From assembly GCA_035279725.1 (NCBI GenBank), contig DATEHF010000052.1, positions 79,766-143,765 on the forward strand: a stretch of 64,000 nucleotides of DNA, written 5' to 3'. The number at the start of each line of letters is the position of its first letter. The stretch's first letter is position 1. Made by a program: the position numbers and the translations under genes. Below the pieces are notes generated by a model. That model was not told the origin of the DNA and ran no database searches. It saw only the letters and a program-made list of their open reading frames with translations. The DNA comes from Candidatus Acidiferrum sp. GTDB taxonomy: Bacteria > Acidobacteriota > Terriglobia > Acidiferrales > UBA7541. Positions 44,124 through 51,694 of the stretch are shown here, one piece after another.

Positions 44124-44488
44124 GGTGGGAAATCGCGCGGCAACAATGGGGTTTGCGGCGGCGTCACCGTGGACTGCGCGGCTGGCGGGGCCTTTGCAGC
44201 ATTCGCCGCAGTAGCCGGGGGGACCGTGGCGGGATTCGCCTGCGGCGGAAGCGTTTGGGCGAGCAAGAAATCAGCCGCAGCCGAAAAAAAACTGAATTGC
44301 TTCACTTGGAACAGTCCAGCCTCCTGTTGGTTTGCTGGTGATGGAGTGAACTGATCACCGACCCTGGCATCGGAGTCGCCGCGGGCGCGCTGCTTCGATT
44401 GCTTTGAATTGGAATTCGTGTCCACGGACTGGCCCGAAGAGTTGTTAAGCAGCCGTTCGGTCAGATTAATGATTGCTGTTAACGACAT
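44120..44488 (-). CDS. low-complexity Pro/Ala/Gln-rich protein, function unknown
   Basis: 122 aa from ATG 44488, preceded by GAGGGGGAAAC. N-terminal MSLTAIINLTERLLNNS, then a disordered-looking tail. Confidence 0.45.
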   Translation of the reverse strand: MSLTAIINLTERLLNNSSGQSVDTNSNSKQSKQRARGDSDARVGDQFTPSPANQQEAGLFQVKQFSFFSAAADFLLAQTLPPQANPATVPPATAANAAKAPPAAQSTVTPPQTPLLPRDFPP

Positions 44489-44653
44489 GTTTCCCCCTCG
44501 AGAATTCGGGAATTGTGGAAAGTGTCCCCAACGTTTGGAAGAGGAGAGGCGCAGCCCGTGCCGCAATCCGCCAATGCGTGCGTGGACTAGTTCAGAGGGA
44601 ACAATCGGCAAAATAGAGGAATACTTTAGGTGGGAGTAAGGAGTAAGAGTCTC

Positions 44654-45529
44654 TTAGGATTCGCTAAGAAACTCGACGTCTGGGGGACCGGGAAGCAGGC
44701 CAGCCTGGGTGCCGCGCACGATTAGCTCTTTTACGGCTTGCCTGCCCTTTTCGCCGTAGCCCAAGGTCCATTTGTTCACATACATGCCGACAAACTTATC
44801 GGCCAGTTCGGTATCCATATCGCGCGCGAACTGCATGGCATAGTTGAGGGCTTCTTCGCGGTGCTCGAGGCCGTAGGAAACGCTGTCGCGGATGGTCCTG
44901 GAAATTTGCCGGCCGAGTTGCGCACCGAGAGCGCGTCGCACGGCGTTTCCGCCAAGTGGCAATGGCAATCCGGTCTGTTCCTGCCACCAGATTCCCAGGT
45001 CAATTACGCGGTGCAAGCCCAACTGGGGAAAGAAGAGCTGCCCCTCGTGAATGAGCAGTCCCGCCTCGACCACTTCCTTCTGAACCGCGTCGATGATTTT
45101 GTCAAAGGGCATCACGACCGGTTCAAAATTCGTTTCGAAGAGCTTGAGCGTGAGATAAGCCGAGGTCTTCAGACCGGGCACGGCGATGCGCTTGCCCGCT
45201 AGCTCGCTGGCTTTTAGAGACTTGGTGGCAACGACAATTGGGCCATAGCCTTCACCGAAACTGGCACCGCAATCGAGCAGGATGTATTTGTCACGAAGAC
45301 CGGGATAGGCGGCAAAACTGATGGCGGTGACGTCGTAGGTTTCGCTGAGCGCTGCTTCGTTCAGCGACTGAATGTCCGAGAGAATGTGCGTGTATTTGTA
45401 TCCGGGCGTGGCCAGTTTATGAGTGGCCAGCGCATAAAACATGAAAGCATCATCGGAATCCGGGGAATGGGCCAGCTTGATCTCGACCGGTTCTTTCTCG
45501 GTCTTTGAAGCTGTTTGTTGGGCGGGCAT
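44654..45529 (-). CDS. MqnA/MqnD-family (futalosine-pathway menaquinone biosynthesis / periplasmic-binding-fold) protein
   Basis: Start at ATG 45529. The block IKLAHSPDSDDAFMFYAL...SDIQSLNEAALSETYDVTAISFAAY is typical of VitK2_biosynth (PF02621) proteins. Whether it is MqnA or MqnD cannot be resolved by eye. Confidence 0.68.
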   Translation of the reverse strand: MPAQQTASKTEKEPVEIKLAHSPDSDDAFMFYALATHKLATPGYKYTHILSDIQSLNEAALSETYDVTAISFAAYPGLRDKYILLDCGASFGEGYGPIVVATKSLKASELAGKRIAVPGLKTSAYLTLKLFETNFEPVVMPFDKIIDAVQKEVVEAGLLIHEGQLFFPQLGLHRVIDLGIWWQEQTGLPLPLGGNAVRRALGAQLGRQISRTIRDSVSYGLEHREEALNYAMQFARDMDTELADKFVGMYVNKWTLGYGEKGRQAVKELIVRGTQAGLLPGPPDVEFLSES

Positions 45530-45811
45530 GGGCTTGTCCGTTTCCTTTTCACTGCGACTCCGGCAAGGCCGGATCGTTAACCAGGTGCTTTCTAAACAGT
45601 CGACTCCTCCCGACTTTGGCTCTTCCCTGAGAGACTTTCCTGCGATGGAAGGGTCTTTCGGAGTCGAACGGGAGAAAACGTGCGCGTCGCAGGGACTTGA
45701 GTGGCAAAGAGCCGGGCGATTTCTTGCCAACGAAAGCCTAGCATATCGCGGTCCGGTGAACAATTGGCGAGCTGATCCTGAAAGAATGCGTCTCGGTAAC
45801 TCTCGCCGATG

Positions 45812-46900
45812 CTATAGCGAAGAGACCATTCGCGCGATGGCGTCGTCGAAGGTTGCAGTCCCTTCAAGGTAAGGTTGCCAGAATTTCTGCAGGAGCCTGT
45901 AATAGTCGCTCCAGCCGCGCTGGTACAGACCTTCGCGCAAAGCATAGGGCGTGTAACTAGCACCTGGCGCGCCGCCCTCCTTGTCACCGGCTGCTGTTCC
46001 AGCCGCGCCCAGGACAGGGCGGATGACTTCACCGGTCGTGTAGAAGACCAGAGCTTGCCAGAGATCGCGAGGAATGGCTTTGTCGCGCTGGCGGCACTCG
46101 CGAATGATGGCGGCCTGCACCGGCTCGGCGATGCCATGGGAACCTTCGTGAAAGAGAACCTCTAGGGCGGCAGCGCCCTGATTGCGGGAGTCCAGACTGG
46201 AAATAGTAACTCGCAAGGGGTCGGCAGTCGTATAGGCGCCGGACCGGTCGGCGTAACCCGTCACGTCAACGCGTATTTTTGCGCGCGGCCAGCGCGTCTG
46301 GTAGATGTCCGCGAGACGCTCCGATAAGCCCACGCCCTGTTCTTGCACTAGCGGGGCGACGCGCATAATCCAGCGGCGATTGGCGCGATCGTGCTCCGGC
46401 CAGAGATGCGCGCGGTAGACAGGGGCCGCGGCTTCCAGCACCTGAGTCAGCTTTGCTGGCAAACCCGCATCGCAGAATCTTCGTTTTCTCCCTGATAGTT
46501 CGTCGCAATCCTCGAAATCACCGAGCTGGTCTTTTAATTGAACGAGTTCTGTGGAAAAGAGGAGGTCTTTAGTGGAGTAATTCGCGGCGTAGAAAGCGAC
46601 AGCATCGTCCCATGTACGTTTTTCCGTTGGAGAGAGTGAGGGTTTCGATTCCGGCGTGGTGTTAAGAATCGGTCCGGAACTCCTGCCGCTCTTGTCTGGC
46701 GGCGCGGCGGTGGCGGTCCGCAGCCTCGCTTCATGATAAAGCGTGTGATGAAGGTTGATCCAGAAGCCGCTGTGGAGCTCAAAGACGGGAAGAGGCCCAT
46801 AACTGTAATTATTTTGCGACTGTCCCCCAACTCGAACAGGAGTGAGCAGAAAGAGTGCAAACAAGAAAAGTGGGAATCGCGCTGGCGCTCGGCGAGGCAT
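45812..46900 (-). CDS. secreted hypothetical protein with HExxH motif
   Basis: Start at ATG 46900 gives the signal peptide MPRRAPARFPLFLFALFLLTPVRVGG. Contains LFHEGSHGI (HExxH). Confidence 0.55.
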   Translation of the reverse strand: MPRRAPARFPLFLFALFLLTPVRVGGQSQNNYSYGPLPVFELHSGFWINLHHTLYHEARLRTATAAPPDKSGRSSGPILNTTPESKPSLSPTEKRTWDDAVAFYAANYSTKDLLFSTELVQLKDQLGDFEDCDELSGRKRRFCDAGLPAKLTQVLEAAAPVYRAHLWPEHDRANRRWIMRVAPLVQEQGVGLSERLADIYQTRWPRAKIRVDVTGYADRSGAYTTADPLRVTISSLDSRNQGAAALEVLFHEGSHGIAEPVQAAIIRECRQRDKAIPRDLWQALVFYTTGEVIRPVLGAAGTAAGDKEGGAPGASYTPYALREGLYQRGWSDYYRLLQKFWQPYLEGTATFDDAIARMVSSL

Positions 46901-47026
46901 TAGGAATCGCACGATAGTAGCGCCAAGTCCTGCTGGGCACAAATCAACGCCATCGGCGATTGAAGCTCCCGATTTCGAGACAATCGCGCTATCATCGCCG
47001 CGCGAAGTCGTCGCCTGAGAGGGTCC

Positions 47027-48616
47027 ATGAGAAGAATGGTCTTATTTTTCGGACTTTGTTCCGTGCTGTCTCTGCCCAGCATGTTGAGCGCGCAGCAATC
47101 GCCGCCATTATCAGCGCTCAAACAGGAAGCCGCAGCCGAGGTGGACGGGCTCCAGACGTTCACGCAGCAGGTGGTCGACCAAATCTTCAGTTTCAGCGAG
47201 CTGGGCTTTCAGGAAGTGGAGACTTCGCGCTACGTGACAGGAATCCTGGAGAAAAATGGCTTTCGGGTCGAACGAGGCGTCGCCGGGATTCCGACGGCAT
47301 GGGTAGCGACTTACGGCAGCGGCAAGCCGGTTATTGCTTTCATCACCGATGTGGATTGCATCCCGCGCGCTTCGCAGAAGCCCGGAATAGCCTATCACGC
47401 TCCGATAATTGAAGGGGCGCCAGGACACGGCGAAGGACACAACTCTGGGATGGCAGTCAATATTACAGCCGCGCTGGTCCTGAAGAAAGTGATGGAGCAA
47501 AATCACCTGGCCGGAACAATTCGGCTGTTTCCTGGAGTCGCGGAAGAGCTTGTTGGAACAAAAGCCTTCTACGTTCGCGCCGGTTTGTTCAAGGACACTG
47601 ACATAGTGCTTGGGGCTCACGTGAGCCACCAATTCGCTACAAGGTACGCCACAGGTGAAGGAATTTGGAGCGGGTTGGTCTCTGTTCAATATTTTTTCCA
47701 CGGCAAGTCCGCTCACGCTGCGGCCAGACCGTGGGAGGGACGCAGTGCTCTCGACGCCGTCTCGCTGATGAACACTGGGTGGGAATTCCGCCGCGAGCAC
47801 CTGCGGTTGCAGCAGAGATCGCATTACGTCGTGCTTAACGGCGGCGATCAACCGAACGTCGTCCCGTCTGAGGCTGCCGTCTGGTATTACTTCCGCGAAC
47901 TGGACTACCCCCACATCAAAGAACTCTACGCGCTCGGCAATACCATGGCGCAAGCCGCCACGATGATGACCGGCACGACTGTGGACCACAAGTTGGTGGG
48001 TTCGGCGTGGCCGCCGTTTTTCAACAAAGTGATTGCCGAAACTCAGCAGAAAAATATTGAAGCTGTCGGGATGCCGAAGTGGAGCGACGCCGACCAGACG
48101 CTCGCCAGAGCCTTGCAAAAAGAGATCGGAGCTAAAGTAGAAGGCATGAAAGAAAAAGTGGAGCCGCTATCCGAACCTGTCAAAGATCCAGTTGGAGGAG
48201 GATCGGATGACATCGGCGATATTTCGTGGAATGTTCCCATGGTTTATCTTATGTATCCGGCGAATATTCCGAACCTTCCGGGGCACAACTGGGCGAATGG
48301 CGTAGCCATGGCCACGCCGATTGCGCACAAAGGTTCGACGGCAGGCGCTAAAGTGCAGGCGATGACTGCGCTGGATTTCTTGCTGCAGCCGGAACTCGTC
48401 AAAAAAGCATGGGACTATTTTCGAGATGTCCAAACGAAGGAGGTTCATTATGAGACGTTCCTCGCCCCGGATGACAAACCCGCCATCGAAATGAACAAGG
48501 AAAAAATGGAAAAATTCGCGCCGGAATTAAGGAAGTTCTACTTCGATCCCACGCACTACAAGACTTATCTGGAGCAGCTTGGCATTCAATACCCGACGAC
48601 AAAAACGGCTCCGTAA
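47027..48616 (+). CDS. secreted M20-family amidohydrolase (AbgB / aminoacylase-like)
   Basis: 529 aa. Signal peptide MRRMVLFFGLCSVLSLPSMLSA. Family blocks FSELGFQEVETS, GHGEGHNSG and GKSAHAAARPWEGRSALDA. Confidence 0.8.
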   Translation: MRRMVLFFGLCSVLSLPSMLSAQQSPPLSALKQEAAAEVDGLQTFTQQVVDQIFSFSELGFQEVETSRYVTGILEKNGFRVERGVAGIPTAWVATYGSGKPVIAFITDVDCIPRASQKPGIAYHAPIIEGAPGHGEGHNSGMAVNITAALVLKKVMEQNHLAGTIRLFPGVAEELVGTKAFYVRAGLFKDTDIVLGAHVSHQFATRYATGEGIWSGLVSVQYFFHGKSAHAAARPWEGRSALDAVSLMNTGWEFRREHLRLQQRSHYVVLNGGDQPNVVPSEAAVWYYFRELDYPHIKELYALGNTMAQAATMMTGTTVDHKLVGSAWPPFFNKVIAETQQKNIEAVGMPKWSDADQTLARALQKEIGAKVEGMKEKVEPLSEPVKDPVGGGSDDIGDISWNVPMVYLMYPANIPNLPGHNWANGVAMATPIAHKGSTAGAKVQAMTALDFLLQPELVKKAWDYFRDVQTKEVHYETFLAPDDKPAIEMNKEKMEKFAPELRKFYFDPTHYKTYLEQLGIQYPTTKTAP

Positions 48617-48629
48617 GCCGCGCGAGGCG

Positions 48630-48965
48630 TCACGCGGGCTGTTTGGCTGCCACCTCCAACCAGCGATCCAGAATTGTCAAATATTTGGCCGGGATTTGTT
48701 CGTCGAACAGAACACCCATGCCCATCCCGGGACTGACGTACCTCACTGTTCCTTGAACTTCAAAACTCTCCGTTCCGCGCGTCAGTTTAATGTGAATCGC
48801 GGGGCCCGACCGGTACGCTTGGTAGGTATCGATATAGCAGCCGGTCCGGCTGATATCGGAGGTGCGCGCGATCAACTGGGCACCGCTCGCGAGTTCGACT
48901 AATTCTGCCCTGACAATGATTGGGTAGCGGGGAGCCACTCGTCGGTCAGACATCTTATCGGGCAT
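48630..48965 (-). CDS. PilZ domain protein (c-di-GMP receptor candidate)
   Basis: 111 aa from ATG 48965 (SD AAGGAG). Has both PilZ motifs: RxxxR (RVAPR) and DxSxxG (DISRTG). The ORF-track extension to 49334 overlaps the upstream gene. Confidence 0.7.
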   Translation of the reverse strand: MPDKMSDRRVAPRYPIIVRAELVELASGAQLIARTSDISRTGCYIDTYQAYRSGPAIHIKLTRGTESFEVQGTVRYVSPGMGMGVLFDEQIPAKYLTILDRWLEVAAKQPA

Positions 48966-49170
48966 CGCCAGATCTCCTTTGCCGGCATGGCAGACGCCGG
49001 CCTTGAGCAGCTCTCGGAGAAAATCTGGGAGTCGCGAAGTCTTCTTTCGGGGAAGTCTCGCCGAAGGAGGAATGGCCCGGTCTCCATTGTGCCGATTTAA
49101 TAGGAATCCGAGCAATCCGGAAGCCAGGCGTGTCCGCGTAAGCGTCAACGAAGCCGCGTCAGGCGAAGTC

Positions 49171-50136
49171 TTATTCCATTTTGGGATCTGTCGCGCTGCC
49201 GACCGCGCCATGGCGGTCTGCACCATGGAGGGTTCCGTTCGAATCGCGAAGAAACGAGCGGCGTCCAGTTCGGTTGTATTGATGCGGAGTTGCGGACAGC
49301 TCGTATTTTGCGGGAGCGCCGAGGGTACTCGCACCGAGGATAGCGTAGCGAATGCTGTAGCCGTTTTTCATTCCGTTCGCGAGGTCAGAATCAAGCAGCC
49401 CAGCGGCTTCGCCCGTTGGCTCACCGTGAAGAGGCGGGCCTAGCTTCGCCAGAGACTCGGGCAGGTGTAAGTATTTCTTACGGTAGTCTTCGACAGCCGT
49501 AGCAACTTTATTCACCGACTCGATGGCGCTCTTCTCCATCGTTTCTATTTCGGCGGCATCCCATTCCACTTCCAGCGCCGGGAGGTCCAGAAGCAGCAAT
49601 CCCAGTGAAAGCAACTTCCACTCACCTTCCTCGCGCACAAAGCCCATCACAACCTGGTGCACGTCTTCGCCGGTGGAGTCCGTGGCGTCGCGGAGTTCCA
49701 TGGGAAGAAAGGCAATATTGTCGCGAATTTCGGTGCCGCCGATTTGCATCTCGGTAGTGACTTCCGGAGTTTGGCAGCGCACGATGGGGCGGCCGGCGGG
49801 ATTGGATGAAGTTGTTGGCTTGCCCGGCTCGTTCAGGAGAACGAAGCGCTTCATCAACGCGACCCGCGCCGGCGGGGACATTCGAGAGAACGCTTCTTTG
49901 TTGCGCGCGGTGAGAAAACGGACAAACTCGGCTTGATTTTGGGAGCAGGTCGCGGTGAGTACTGCTTTCAGCGCGGCGCTCGGCCCAACTCTGCCCGCAG
50001 GCTCGGTCGGGGCGCCCTTGAGGCTTTCGCCGGGGTTGGAACTGGATTCCTGTCCAACGACGTTTGAAACTGTGAGCAGAACCATGCAGCCCAGGAAGGT
50101 GACCTGCTTGGGGAGTTTTAATTTCCGCGAATTCAC
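49171..50136 (-). CDS. exported protein of unknown function with pilin-like C-terminal region
   Basis: The GTG at 50136, one nt after the upstream stop, gives the signal-like N-terminus (M)NSRKLKLPKQVTFLGCMVLLTVSNVVG. The ORF-track start is 50154. The C-terminal 120 aa recall the globular part of acidobacterial prepilin-type proteins (from memory, unverified). Confidence 0.5.
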   Translation of the reverse strand: MNSRKLKLPKQVTFLGCMVLLTVSNVVGQESSSNPGESLKGAPTEPAGRVGPSAALKAVLTATCSQNQAEFVRFLTARNKEAFSRMSPPARVALMKRFVLLNEPGKPTTSSNPAGRPIVRCQTPEVTTEMQIGGTEIRDNIAFLPMELRDATDSTGEDVHQVVMGFVREEGEWKLLSLGLLLLDLPALEVEWDAAEIETMEKSAIESVNKVATAVEDYRKKYLHLPESLAKLGPPLHGEPTGEAAGLLDSDLANGMKNGYSIRYAILGASTLGAPAKYELSATPHQYNRTGRRSFLRDSNGTLHGADRHGAVGSATDPKME

Positions 50137-50137
50137 T

Positions 50138-50488
50138 TCAGTCCTTTGCAACACTCAGAATCGCCGCCAGATTTTGCGTGAAGCTCGACCGCGGCAGGAC
50201 TTGATCGCATCCTGCTGCTTGCGCTTGGGCAGCTAGCTCTGTTTGGACATGCGAAAGGAAAGCTACAACGCGAATGTCCTTGTGCGTCTGCCGCAATTTC
50301 TCAATGGCGGCGATAGGCTGGCTGCGCGCATTCAAGTCCACGATGACGAGTTTTGGTTCGCTAGCTAGAAGTCCCAGGAACGCGTCGCCGTTCGTCGCCA
50401 CTTTTACTTCCACGCCCAACTGCTTGGCGGTTTCCGCTAGTTTCATCTGGAAGAACAGATCATCCATCAACGCCACGACTCTTCCCAT
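50138..50488 (-). CDS. stand-alone receiver-like (CheY-fold) protein, possibly atypical
   Basis: 116 aa. Acidic pair DD near the N-terminus, candidate phospho-acceptor in LVIVDLN, and a Ser in AFLSH. The usually invariant Lys before Pro appears to be replaced (VLPRS). Confidence 0.6.
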   Translation of the reverse strand: MGRVVALMDDLFFQMKLAETAKQLGVEVKVATNGDAFLGLLASEPKLVIVDLNARSQPIAAIEKLRQTHKDIRVVAFLSHVQTELAAQAQAAGCDQVLPRSSFTQNLAAILSVAKD

Positions 50489-50598
50489 TTTGCTCCGTCT
50501 CTTATGCGATTCCGCTTCGTAAGCACCGCCCCGCTATTATGCCTCGTTCTTCCCAAGGCCGCCTGCATCCCGGTAAGATGCGAGTTCGCACTCAAACG

Positions 50599-50889
50599 AT
50601 GACCGCACATCCCGAAGACGAACGCCTCGCCGCCGCAGGCCCCCGCGATGTCACCCTTTATGCTCGTCCGGGATGCCATCTTTGCGACGAAGCGAAGTCT
50701 GCCATAGCTCCGCTCTTGAGGGAGTTCGGTGTCGTCCTGCGCGAAGTAAATATAGATGCCGATTCTTCCCTGAAGGAGCGCTACGGCTGGGATATCCCTG
50801 TGATCTTCATCGGCTACAAGAAGGCCGCGAAGCATCGCGTGGACCTGGAGCAGTTCCGGCGGCAGCTCAAGGAAGCCGCCGGAAACTGA
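50599..50889 (+). CDS. glutaredoxin-like protein (DUF836 / thioredoxin fold)
   Basis: The sequence VTLYARPGCHLCDEAKSAI...NIDADSSLKERYGWDIPVIFI carries a CxxC thioredoxin-fold signature. The start is uncertain (50539, 50578 or 50599). Confidence 0.7.
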   Translation: MTAHPEDERLAAAGPRDVTLYARPGCHLCDEAKSAIAPLLREFGVVLREVNIDADSSLKERYGWDIPVIFIGYKKAAKHRVDLEQFRRQLKEAAGN

Positions 50890-50928
50890 AATTTCCCCAG
50901 GATTGGTCGGTGGAGGAGACTTGCGGTC

Positions 50929-51423
50929 TTAGTGCCGGCCGCCGGTTTCGTGTGCGCCCACAGTTTCATCGGGCACTGCGCCCTTGCGGCCTTTGACACG
51001 ATCGTACACGCTGACCTGGCTCACCGAACCAAGCGCCTCGTTGTAAAAAGTCGGTACGCCCAGCGCTGTGAGAAGTTCTTCGTTGAACTTTCGCAGGTTT
51101 TGCAGATGCGTCGCGAGCGCGGGCAATTTCCTCCCATCATCCGTGAGCAGAAACTTCTGGTAGCCGGCGTCCCAAAGCCGCGTGAACTGGCCTTTCAGCA
51201 TGATGGTCGGAATAACGGTCATCTGGTACAGCTCGTCGGTGTCTTTGCGGAACTCCGCTCCGCAGCCGTACTTTTCAACCCGAACCACTCCGCGAGTGCT
51301 TCCCACGGCAAACCCCAGCGCCGCCAGACTCTCGATTGCTTTAGGTGAAAACTTCTCTTCGACATTCCACATGGTCTGTTCAGGGTAATGAATGCGCGGG
51401 ATTCTGTAAAGTCGCATCGCCAC
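50929..51423 (-). CDS. hypothetical protein
   Basis: 164-aa ORF with ordinary composition and no motif I recognise. The antisense ORF looks like a shadow. Confidence 0.45.
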   Translation of the reverse strand: MAMRLYRIPRIHYPEQTMWNVEEKFSPKAIESLAALGFAVGSTRGVVRVEKYGCGAEFRKDTDELYQMTVIPTIMLKGQFTRLWDAGYQKFLLTDDGRKLPALATHLQNLRKFNEELLTALGVPTFYNEALGSVSQVSVYDRVKGRKGAVPDETVGAHETGGRH

Positions 51424-51478
51424 GAGCTTGCTTGAACGCTAGAAAATTCCCTTTTTGTGGATTGCGTGAGGAATTCAT

Positions 51479-51494
51479 CTGAATAGGTATTCAG
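51479..51494. promoter_or_regulatory. 7-2-7 palindrome CTGAATA-gg-TATTCAG in a divergent promoter region
   Basis: Read directly. It is flanked by a further GAATT...AATTC symmetry. It lies 55 bp from the start of the gene at 51423(-) and 200 bp from the TonB-receptor start. Confidence 0.3.
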
Positions 51495-51694
51495 GCGAAA
51501 TTCAAGCACTCATCACGCTGCCCTCTAAGTCCTTCAATGTGTTGCGCCTATGCATTCGGACCAAGGCCGGCACACCAGGACAGGGAATAGGTGCTACTCC
51601 CCTGAAGTTCCGATATTCACAGAACCGCGCTCGCTAAAGTCCTCTTACTGTGATTTGATTCCCGTACAGAATCTCCCACGGAGGGTGTGTACCA

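Noticed and set aside
44100-44290. The possibility that the two low-complexity ORFs (43482..44123 and 44120..44488) are one gene broken by a frameshift, for example at the C6 or A8/T8 runs.
   Set aside because: Reading the downstream frame upstream of its GTG gives unrelated Gly/Cys/His-containing sequence until a stop at about 44271..44273. A simple recent frameshift inside the homopolymer runs is therefore not supported. A shift right at the junction cannot be excluded, and this is flagged in the findings.
49034-49172. The 10-mer GCGAAGTCTT occurs twice (49034..49043 and 49163..49172), plus a related GGAAGTCTC, in the gap upstream of the PilZ gene.
   Set aside because: Short, only two exact copies, one inside the end of the upstream coding region. 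It could easily be chance and there is no supporting symmetry.
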